From assembly GCA_965602015.1 (NCBI GenBank), contig OZ271918.1:2976001-3040000 (forward strand): a stretch of 64,000 nt of DNA, read 5' to 3'. Below are positions 56,295-64,000 of this stretch, piece by piece; position 1 is the stretch's first letter, and each line of letters starts with the position of its first letter. Both the position numbers and the translations under genes were made by a program. Source of the stretch: Salinispira sp. GTDB lineage: Bacteria; Spirochaetota; Spirochaetia; DSM-27196; Salinispiraceae. The notes beneath the pieces are model-generated. The model saw nothing but the letters and a program-made list of their open reading frames with translations. It did no database searches and was not told where the DNA came from.

Positions 56295-57988
56295 TCAGGG
56301 GACATCCTGGGAAAGCGTAACGTCATTCTGTTCCAGTCTCCTCTGGCATAGCCCAATTTGCCCCCCAATTGCTGCGCGGTGGAGAGAAGAAGGGATATTC
56401 CAAGAGATTGTCCTTCATTTTCTTCGAGAACCGAAGGATCCATTCCCACTCCGTTATCCGAATACGAGAAGTCTATCATTTCATCAGTGAGTAACAGACC
56501 AATCCGGATCCGCCGCTCCCCATCAAAGCCCGGGGGAAATGCGTGCTTAATACTGTTGGTTACCAACTCGTTGATGATAATGCCCAGGGGCAGCACCTGG
56601 TCAATATGCATGACAATGTTCCCGGAATCCAGGTCCAGATGGACCGAAGCGGCGTCTGTCTGACTTTTGAGAACCTCTACAAGGTCAATGAGATAATCCC
56701 TGATGTTCATCGCCAGAATTTCCCGATGCCTGTATAACTGGGTGTGTATGAGAGCGATTGCCTGTATGCGGTTCATGCTGCCCTGAATAATATCGTTCAG
56801 GAGGGGGGATTCGCTTTCGTGCATCTGCAATCCGAGAATGCTGTAGGCCATGGTTAAACTGTTGCGCACCCGGTGATGTATTTCCCGTACCAGGGACTTC
56901 TTTCGCTCGAGACTGTCCCGTAAATATCTGGCCTGCTGAAAAACCGTGGTGGTATCAATAATGGACACCAACACCCGGGAATAGCTCTTTTCCGCACCGG
57001 GCAGGGCACTCCAGTGGATAACGACATACTGCTTTTCGCCCTGGAGATTCCTGATTACCGTGCTTGTCATAAAAAACCGCTTTTTTCCCCGAATAGCCAG
57101 CATTTGCTGAATAACTGCGTGGGAGAATTCTTCGGTCGATGTTTCCTTCAGCCGGCTGAGCAGCTCGTCCTTGGACGAGGCCCCCGACAGCTGGACCGCC
57201 GCCCGGTTGAGCCCGAGGATTTTGATCATTTCAAAGAATTGCCAGACGTTCGGGAGCAATGAACCGATATTGCCCGTATGAACTTCTTCCGGATGGGTTT
57301 CCACATAGCGGGTAAGTTCCGAAAAGTCCTCTTCCCATAGGGGCACCGGTGCATACTCAAACAGATGATAGTAACGCCTCTCGTTCGTCTTTAACTGCTT
57401 GCGGAGAAGCAGGGAGTCGCTATTCATCTTCATCAGCCACGCGGCAAGTAATCCCCCAACGGGATAGAATAACGCTGCGGCAAGCATTTCCGCCAAAAAA
57501 TCGGGTAAAGGTTGTTCGCCGATTATGATTCCCGCGAACACGGCAATAAAAGTTAGGATCGAAACAATCGCAGACGCAATCCCCATTTCGACGACGATGG
57601 TCCAGCCCCGTACCGAAGCGCTGCGGCGGACGAGAACCATAATCGGCGTGCAGCTCAAAGCGAGGATTATTGCCGGCACAGCCCCGACTCCCCCCAGGGC
57701 GAGGCGAAAAACCCCCACTACCATGGCCGTAGCAAAACCGGACATGGGGTTCAGGTAACGGGCGCTCATGAGGATGATAAGGAAACCCAAATCAATACCC
57801 AGGTCGGGGAGTAAGGCCCAGGGATACATCATTCCAAGCAAAGCCGCTGAACAGAAGATAAACACATTGAGACTGTCATACAGCAGCCTTGAAAAGCGAT
57901 GCCTTCGTTCTTCCACGGCCCCGAATGCCAGCACAAGGAATGCAAGGACAGCCACATTCATTAGCAGGTCGTAGAGCAGGTTATGCAT
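56291..57988 (-). CDS. membrane sensor histidine kinase (5TM-LYT-like, PAS-like, HisKA_2)
   Basis: EIHHRVRN, N box ELVTNSIKHAF, DNGVG and SLG. Confidence 0.9.
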   Translation of the reverse strand: MHNLLYDLLMNVAVLAFLVLAFGAVEERRHRFSRLLYDSLNVFIFCSAALLGMMYPWALLPDLGIDLGFLIILMSARYLNPMSGFATAMVVGVFRLALGGVGAVPAIILALSCTPIMVLVRRSASVRGWTIVVEMGIASAIVSILTFIAVFAGIIIGEQPLPDFLAEMLAAALFYPVGGLLAAWLMKMNSDSLLLRKQLKTNERRYYHLFEYAPVPLWEEDFSELTRYVETHPEEVHTGNIGSLLPNVWQFFEMIKILGLNRAAVQLSGASSKDELLSRLKETSTEEFSHAVIQQMLAIRGKKRFFMTSTVIRNLQGEKQYVVIHWSALPGAEKSYSRVLVSIIDTTTVFQQARYLRDSLERKKSLVREIHHRVRNSLTMAYSILGLQMHESESPLLNDIIQGSMNRIQAIALIHTQLYRHREILAMNIRDYLIDLVEVLKSQTDAASVHLDLDSGNIVMHIDQVLPLGIIINELVTNSIKHAFPPGFDGERRIRIGLLLTDEMIDFSYSDNGVGMDPSVLEENEGQSLGISLLLSTAQQLGGKLGYARGDWNRMTLRFPRMSPD

Positions 57989-58355
57989 TCCGTAGGCCCT
58001 CTAGTTGCTTCACCACTTCCTCAATGCCGCTCGGCGCCAGGGGCTTTTGAATTACGCCGAGAAAGTATTTTCCCCGGGGCAGCTCAGAGCTTTCAAGCTC
58101 ATAGGCTGTCACAAAGGCCACGGGAATCTCAAGCCGAGGAGCAAAATCGGCGGCAAGTTCTATGCCGGTTTTATCTCCCTGAATTCGTATATCCATTAAC
58201 ACAAGATCGGGCCTCGTTCGAACGACTAAATCCATAACTTCGTCGCTATGGCCGGTCTCCCCGACCACTTCAACTCCCAGTGCTTCGAGCTGTTTCCTGG
58301 AGTACATACGGATAAGAACTTCATCCTCCACCACAACGACCTTCAGACTGTCCAC
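57981..58355 (-). CDS. single-domain response regulator
   Basis: VVEDE, LMDI (phospho-accepting Asp), VTA and KP. Confidence 0.92.
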   Translation of the reverse strand: MDSLKVVVVEDEVLIRMYSRKQLEALGVEVVGETGHSDEVMDLVVRTRPDLVLMDIRIQGDKTGIELAADFAPRLEIPVAFVTAYELESSELPRGKYFLGVIQKPLAPSGIEEVVKQLEGLRNA

Positions 58356-60097
58356 ATGACCTCCTGCAGGGGAGATTCAATGGTGCACAAAAAGTCCTTT
58401 CCGGAAAACTCCACAGCTATCCGTCCGTTTATCTGCTCAACCAGGGAATAACACATGGTGTGCCTGAGGCTTGCCTCGGGGAGCACCCTGGCTCCAGAAG
58501 TCTCATTGGCAGCATCGTCCACGGCCAGGAATTGGCCGGCAAAAACCACGCGAATCTCCTCACCGGTCTTTTCAATTTCCAGAGACGCGGCGACCCGCTC
58601 ATCCCGAGGATCGGAAAAGGAAGTCATATCGGGAGTACAATACGCCGCGCAGATGCTTCCGCCTATCAGCTCGTTTACGATGAGCCCCAGAGGCAGCAAC
58701 TGGTCGATGTGCAAAAGAACGGAAGGGTAGTTCGTATAAAATCCGTTGATCTTTCCCTCTTCCTGACGACTTAACTGCTGAACCAGATCGTCCATATACG
58801 CCCGAAGGTCCAGGGCGAGGATCGACTTAGTCTGGTACAGCCGCGTATGGATTAACGATATGCTTAAAATGCGGTTTTGCATCTCGGTCAGGTTGCGGCG
58901 CTGCCTCTTATCATGTAGCTTCATTTTCTGGAGGCCCAGTACCGAATACGCTATGGAGAGGCTGTTTCGAACCCGATGGTGGATTTCCTTAATAAGCATT
59001 TCCTGGTTATTCAGGCTCTCCTGCAGTTCATTCGCCTGAGCGATGACCTCGGTGGTGTCGATAATGGAAACAATGACCCGGGCGTAATCCTGCTCGTGTC
59101 CAGGCAAAACATTCCAGTGAATCTGAACGAATTGACGATCTCCTTCCAGACTCTGAATTTCCGACCTTGTGGTGCAGCTCGTCTGCCCATCTCGTAAAGC
59201 TCGCAGTTCGGGCAAAAAAGACCGTCCGGTTTCGGGCACGAAGGTTTCCGGAAGCCTTCGAAGAAGTTCCCCTTTTGATGATGCGCCGGCAAACTGCACC
59301 GCCCGCTGATTGATATCGATGATGCGGATCTTCCCGAAGTACTCGCCGATGTTTTGCAGCAGCTGATCGATGTTTGCATCATCGGCAAGCTCGGGATTCT
59401 CCCGTATGAACCGGGCGGCCCTTGAGTAATCCTCCTCCCAGAGCGCCACCGGCGCATATTCAAAGAGATGGCGGTAGTTTTTTTCGCTGCTCTCGAGTTG
59501 GCTGGTCAGATTGCGGTAATTCCACGGAAGACTGAGAAAACTACCCATAACAAGCGTGGCCGGCGGATGTATAGCGATGAGGGCCAGAGCCAGTGTGATG
59601 GAAGTGGCGGTGTCCAATTCCAAGGCTGTGGGAATTCCCGCAAGTATGGTTATAAAGGCAACTGCAAGCCCCAAAATCAACAGGCGTTTTGACCTGCCGG
59701 CATTTTTTACCGAAGGAATGCGAAGGATAAAAAAGCAAATAGTCGGCGTAAGAATCATCAGAGGTGCGGTCCTCAACAGATCCTGGGCGTCGGATAAAAT
59801 GCCGTATAATAGCTCGGCGGCGGCCACGGCTGCTGCGGCCCAGGGCCCCATGGAATGAAGAGCCAGGGCGGAAACTACCAGCCGGGAATCCAAACCGAGA
59901 CCCGGCGCAAGTATCTGAGTTGTGGACATGGCGAGGACCGCCGCCAGAATAAATACCGAAGTTTCGAGGACAAAGCCGGTTCTGGGGCTGAATATCGGCG
60001 TGAGCCGGCCGACCAGGCCGTAAAACAGGACAATGGATGAGAGGAGAAAAACGTTTTCGGAGAACTGCAAAAGGACTTCGAAAAACAGCCTGATCAT
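58343..60097 (-). CDS. paralogous sensor kinase-like protein with degenerate ATPase domain
   Basis: Same architecture as the neighbouring kinase, including EIHHRVRN, but the N box reads ELIGGSICAAY and there is no DxGxG. Confidence 0.85.
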   Translation of the reverse strand: MIRLFFEVLLQFSENVFLLSSIVLFYGLVGRLTPIFSPRTGFVLETSVFILAAVLAMSTTQILAPGLGLDSRLVVSALALHSMGPWAAAAVAAAELLYGILSDAQDLLRTAPLMILTPTICFFILRIPSVKNAGRSKRLLILGLAVAFITILAGIPTALELDTATSITLALALIAIHPPATLVMGSFLSLPWNYRNLTSQLESSEKNYRHLFEYAPVALWEEDYSRAARFIRENPELADDANIDQLLQNIGEYFGKIRIIDINQRAVQFAGASSKGELLRRLPETFVPETGRSFLPELRALRDGQTSCTTRSEIQSLEGDRQFVQIHWNVLPGHEQDYARVIVSIIDTTEVIAQANELQESLNNQEMLIKEIHHRVRNSLSIAYSVLGLQKMKLHDKRQRRNLTEMQNRILSISLIHTRLYQTKSILALDLRAYMDDLVQQLSRQEEGKINGFYTNYPSVLLHIDQLLPLGLIVNELIGGSICAAYCTPDMTSFSDPRDERVAASLEIEKTGEEIRVVFAGQFLAVDDAANETSGARVLPEASLRHTMCYSLVEQINGRIAVEFSGKDFLCTIESPLQEVMWTV

Positions 60098-60134
60098 ACC
60101 TATATGTTAGCTCAGCGGCGGCAAATCCGCAATT

Positions 60135-61328
60135 TTACGGGGTTAGGCCGACCGGTTTGTGGTATATCTGGTACGCCCGGTAGACGCGGGCGCCCATCCG
60201 CCTCGCCAGGTCCGGCGTGTATGGGTTTTTTTCGTTGGTGAGCGAGAGGTCGACCCAACGGTATCCTGAAGCAAGGGCTTTGCGGAACAGTTCGCTAAAC
60301 AGCCGGATGCTCACTCCCTTTGCCCAGTATTCAGGGGGAATCAGCACTGATTTTACCGTCATGCATTCCCGGGGGCCTCTCAGAGATAACAGGAAGGGAA
60401 TCCACTGCCAGGGGTAGCGCAGTCCACCGGCGTCAACGAGGATTTCATTAAGGTTTGGCAGACCGGGGAGAAAGCCCACGGGTTCCCACCCCTCCACCAA
60501 GGGTTGATTGCCCGGGCTTCTGCTCAGGGGGCTGCCCTCGGGTAATTCGGCGAAGAGTATGAGCTGGGGATCGGCAAATGAGCGAAATTCCCGGAGCAAA
60601 TCGCGTAGATCCTCGCGGTTCCAGGGTTTGAAATCCTCAATATGCGCCAGGCTCTTGTTGATGAGGTAGTACACCCGCTCAACTTCGTTTTCGAAATCCG
60701 CGAAGTTTGCGGGCCGCACGCGAATCTCTCCGCGTTTGGCCAGGCGGTCGCCAAGCCTGAACAGCTTTTCCATTTCGCTGTTTTCGCTCCCAAGAGGCAG
60801 TTCGAACGCCAGATTTCTTCCCCTGGCCGGGACGAATCCCGATGCTTCGAGCATCTTCCTAAACCAGGGCTTGTTATGGGAGCACAGCATTGCGGGCAGA
60901 CGATCTTCACCTTCGACGGCGATGCCGTAACTGTTTTCGTAATCCAGGTCGAATGGTCCGATGAGCCGATCAAGGGAGCGGCTTTTCGCAAAGTCCTCCG
61001 CGGAATCGAGAAGAAGCCGGAACACGCTTTCGTCATCAACCAGTTCCATAAAACCAAAAACGCAGTCCCTCAGGCCGGTTTCCCGGTTTTTAAATTGATC
61101 CTCTGCGGCGCAGATGCTTCCCACCACCTGACCGTCGCGTTCGGCAATGAAGAAGTCCGCATTCCCGTGAGTATAAAACGGTCCGGTTTTTGGGTTAATG
61201 GCCCGCATTTGCTCGGAAAACCGGGGAGGCACCCAGATCGGATCGCTGCGGTAGAGCCGATGAAAGAAATTTATCAGCCGGATGCGCTCTAAGCGCCTGC
61301 TCATATCCGCCTTGCGTACGCTGAGCAT
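60135..61328 (-). CDS. GNAT-fold protein (YghO-like)
   Basis: LYRSDPIWVPP, FGFME, LIGP, LPNLNE and C-terminal DLSLTNEKN...MGA..YRAY. Confidence 0.65.
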   Translation of the reverse strand: MLSVRKADMSRRLERIRLINFFHRLYRSDPIWVPPRFSEQMRAINPKTGPFYTHGNADFFIAERDGQVVGSICAAEDQFKNRETGLRDCVFGFMELVDDESVFRLLLDSAEDFAKSRSLDRLIGPFDLDYENSYGIAVEGEDRLPAMLCSHNKPWFRKMLEASGFVPARGRNLAFELPLGSENSEMEKLFRLGDRLAKRGEIRVRPANFADFENEVERVYYLINKSLAHIEDFKPWNREDLRDLLREFRSFADPQLILFAELPEGSPLSRSPGNQPLVEGWEPVGFLPGLPNLNEILVDAGGLRYPWQWIPFLLSLRGPRECMTVKSVLIPPEYWAKGVSIRLFSELFRKALASGYRWVDLSLTNEKNPYTPDLARRMGARVYRAYQIYHKPVGLTP

Positions 61329-61331
61329 GGC

Positions 61332-62666
61332 TCAGGTCCTTTCGGCCAGGGTTTCCCGGCGGACCGGATAGCGAACTGCTGAAATAACCGCAATAATGAG
61401 AAAAATCGCCGGCAGGGGTCCGAAAAGCAGAGAAAGGGTAAAGGCCGAACTGTCGCTCTGAACCGCATTGGCTTCATACCCGGATACCTCCAGGAGGAAG
61501 AGAACCAAACCGACGGTCAGCTTGCTGGCGGTCTTCCGCATGAACCCGACGATGCTGTAGTACAACCCTTCCTGATTTCGCCCCCGAATATCCCCTACAT
61601 CTATGCTGTCGGGAATCATGGACCAGGAGAACACATGGACTGCGCCCACTCCGATTCCCGCGAAGCCCCCGATTATCAGAATCAGGACCAGGGGAGTGGC
61701 CGGGGTGAACAGCACGAGTAAAAGCTGCATGGCCAGCCAAAACGAGGTTCCCACTATGAAGCTGATGCGTTTATCGCTTCGTTTCGAGGCAATTTCCCAG
61801 AACGGCACGGAAATCAGGGCCATCACGAACACCGTAGCCATAATCACCGCGCTATGTTCGGGCATGCCGAGCCGGTATTTAATGAAGTAGAGCAGGGTCG
61901 CCTGGACAACCTCGATTGCCAGCCAGCTGAAAAGGAACAGCATCAACGCCCATAGGAAAGCCCGGTTGGCCGAAATCAGCTTGAGAGACTCGACAATGCC
62001 GGGAAATCGGCCCTGCCGCTCCCGGATGTTGTCCCGGCTGCTGTCCCTCCTGTCTTCCCTGATTATCAGACCGATGAGAAAAAAGGGCAAAAAGCACAAC
62101 ACGGCGGTAATAACCCCGACAAGCCGTATCGCCGGAAAATTTTCCGGGACGAACTCCCCGATGACCATCATGGGAAGGGAGAATACCAGCAGGCTCCCGA
62201 GTATGGAGAAGATCATCCGCCGGGACGTCAGGGCATTGCGCTCGTCATAATCTGCCGACAGTTCGGGAGTCAGAGCTAAGAAGGGCATGTTCACCAGGGT
62301 CGAGGCTGACTGGAAGAGGATCAGAATGATCGGATAATAAAAAAGATTGAACTCGGGGCTGAGCCACCGGGGTTGCCACCAGATCAGCGCATACAACAGT
62401 GCGTATGGCAGGGCTCCGTACAAAATAAAGGGCCGTCGCCGGCCCATCTTTAGTCTGCTGCGGTCGGAGATCGTTCCCATTACCGGGTCGGTGATGGCAT
62501 CCCAAATACCGCCGATTATAATAAACAACGAGGCGAAGCCCGGACGAATGCCGACGGCATCCGTCAGATAAATTGAAAAAAAGGCGCCTATTGAGGTATT
62601 GGCCAGGCTGAAGGAAAGATCGCCCGTGCCGTAAAGCCATTTTATCGATTCTTTTATCTTCTTCAC
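61332..62666 (-). CDS. MFS transporter, glycoside-pentoside-hexuronide (MelB-like) family
   Basis: YGTGD, WDAITDPVMG.ISD...MGRRRPF, ALTPELS.DYDER and EGLYY. Confidence 0.9.
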   Translation of the reverse strand: MKKIKESIKWLYGTGDLSFSLANTSIGAFFSIYLTDAVGIRPGFASLFIIIGGIWDAITDPVMGTISDRSRLKMGRRRPFILYGALPYALLYALIWWQPRWLSPEFNLFYYPIILILFQSASTLVNMPFLALTPELSADYDERNALTSRRMIFSILGSLLVFSLPMMVIGEFVPENFPAIRLVGVITAVLCFLPFFLIGLIIREDRRDSSRDNIRERQGRFPGIVESLKLISANRAFLWALMLFLFSWLAIEVVQATLLYFIKYRLGMPEHSAVIMATVFVMALISVPFWEIASKRSDKRISFIVGTSFWLAMQLLLVLFTPATPLVLILIIGGFAGIGVGAVHVFSWSMIPDSIDVGDIRGRNQEGLYYSIVGFMRKTASKLTVGLVLFLLEVSGYEANAVQSDSSAFTLSLLFGPLPAIFLIIAVISAVRYPVRRETLAERT

Positions 62667-64000
62667 ATAATATCCTTGTTTCGGAGAATCTCCCGGGGTT
62701 TCGAGCCGTTCGCCGGCCCGACGATTCCCATCTCCTCCATCTCTTCGACGAGTCGTGCCGCCCTATTATAGCCGATACTCAGACGGCGCTGAAGGTAGCT
62801 CGCCGAGGCTTTGTTGGCAGTGCACACGATATCGATGGCCTTTTGCATCAGTGGGTCGTCGAGGTCCCCCGTTGAAATGGAATGATCGTCATCTTCGATA
62901 AATATCTCATCATCAATATAGTCCGGGCTCCCCATCTCTTTCACGTGCTTGACCACTTCTTCTACTTCGGCTTCGGAGAGAAAAGCCCCCTGAATGCGCT
63001 TGGGAAAGGGGTCCCAGGATGAGGTAAAAAGCATATCACCCTTCCCGAGCAGCTTTTCCGCTCCCACCGCATCTATAATAATCCGGCTGTCGACCTTGCT
63101 CGATACCATAAAGGCGATTCGGCTGGGAATGTTCGCCTTTATCAGACCGGTGATAACATCGGTGGAGGGCCTCTGTGTCGCGAGGACGAGATGGATGCCC
63201 ACGGCCCGGCTCATGGCCGCCAGCCGAGCCAGGGTTGACTCAAGCTCCTTGCCGCTGGTTGCCATCAGATCCGCGAACTCGTCCACAACGACAACAATGT
63301 ACGGCAGCTTCACCGTGGCGATTTTTTTCTCGACGATTTTCCGGTTATAGCTCTTGATGTCCCGAACCGCCATGGCATCGAGAAGGCTGTATCGCCGCTC
63401 CATTTCAAATAGACACCACTGGAGTGCCTGGAACGCCTTTTTCGGATCGGTTATGACCGGGGTGAGCAGGTGCGGGATGTCGTTGTAAAATTTCAATTCG
63501 ACAATTTTCGGATCGATGAGAATCATATTGACGTCGTCCGGGTCGCGGCTGTAGAGAACCGAGGTGATTATGCTGTTCACGCACACCGACTTACCCGCTC
63601 CGGTGGCCCCGGCGATAAGCAGGTGGGGGGTCTTGGTTAGGTCGACGATTTGAGCTTCGCCGGTTATATCCTTGCCAAGGGCAACGGGTATCCCATGATC
63701 TCCCTGGAGAAAATCCTTTTCACCGAGGATTTCCGAAAAGGTCACCAGGTGGCGATGTTTATTCGGCACTTCTATTCCCACGGCATGCTTCCCGGGAATA
63801 GGCGCAACGATACGGACGCTGGCCGCCGCCAGGGCGAGAGCGATGTTCTCTGCGAGGTTAACTATCCGGCTCAGTTTCACCCCCGGGGCCGGGAGAATTT
63901 CGAACATGGTAATGACCGGTCCTTTCCGGATTCCCGTCACCTCTGCTTCTATCCCGAACTCCTGCAAGGTGGACTTGAGTATTTCAGACTGTTTCGTCGT
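62663..64000 (-). CDS. ftsK: DNA translocase FtsK (C-terminal part; start outside the window)
   Basis: PHLLIAGATGAGKS, IDPK, VDEFADLM, ATQRPS and the gamma domain LQRRLSIGYNRAARL. Confidence 0.96.
   Translation of the reverse strand, partial: TTKQSEILKSTLQEFGIEAEVTGIRKGPVITMFEILPAPGVKLSRIVNLAENIALALAAASVRIVAPIPGKHAVGIEVPNKHRHLVTFSEILGEKDFLQGDHGIPVALGKDITGEAQIVDLTKTPHLLIAGATGAGKSVCVNSIITSVLYSRDPDDVNMILIDPKIVELKFYNDIPHLLTPVITDPKKAFQALQWCLFEMERRYSLLDAMAVRDIKSYNRKIVEKKIATVKLPYIVVVVDEFADLMATSGKELESTLARLAAMSRAVGIHLVLATQRPSTDVITGLIKANIPSRIAFMVSSKVDSRIIIDAVGAEKLLGKGDMLFTSSWDPFPKRIQGAFLSEAEVEEVVKHVKEMGSPDYIDDEIFIEDDDHSISTGDLDDPLMQKAIDIVCTANKASASYLQRRLSIGYNRAARLVEEMEEMGIVGPANGSKPREILRNKDIM

Overview
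This is a 64-kb stretch of core chromosome. It is probably from a free-living anaerobic spirochaete (Spirochaetaceae-like). That assignment is inferred from gene content, namely the fliS-flgN-like-polA-coaE-SPOR block, the lipoproteins and the TCAA-N15-GCCGAT sigma28 promoters. About 50 CDS are supportable. They include RNA-modification genes, KtrB, two chemoreceptors, a class III cyclase-STAND-TPR protein with a cNMP-binding neighbour, ndk/pepF/gpsA/TetR, ravA-viaA, cysE, polA, a GGDEF and an EAL protein, PIN-PhoH, an XPB helicase with a partner and an aroDE fusion. There is also a multimeric (probably electron-bifurcating) [FeFe]-hydrogenase operon, divergent from a Rex-DRTGG-CBS/Ser kinase-DRTGG-PHP regulatory operon. 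A kinase/receiver/pseudokinase trio, a GNAT-like protein, an MFS transporter, partial ftsK and one tRNA-Cys are also present. No integrase, transposase, prophage or CRISPR was seen. The best candidates for undescribed biology are: (1) the hydrogenase control locus, with a four-Cys insertion in Rex, a Cys-free HydD/HndB subunit and a structured leader; (2) a 20-bp two-monomer satellite between TetR and tRNA-Cys; (3) a cyclase whose first catalytic motif lies upstream of any canonical start codon; (4) many apparent leaderless promoters; (5) a sigma28-driven, catalytically degenerate deacetylase in front of fliS; (6) a periplasmic tandem-CZB chemoreceptor with a switch-like leader. All family calls come from motifs read by eye; no database searches were run.
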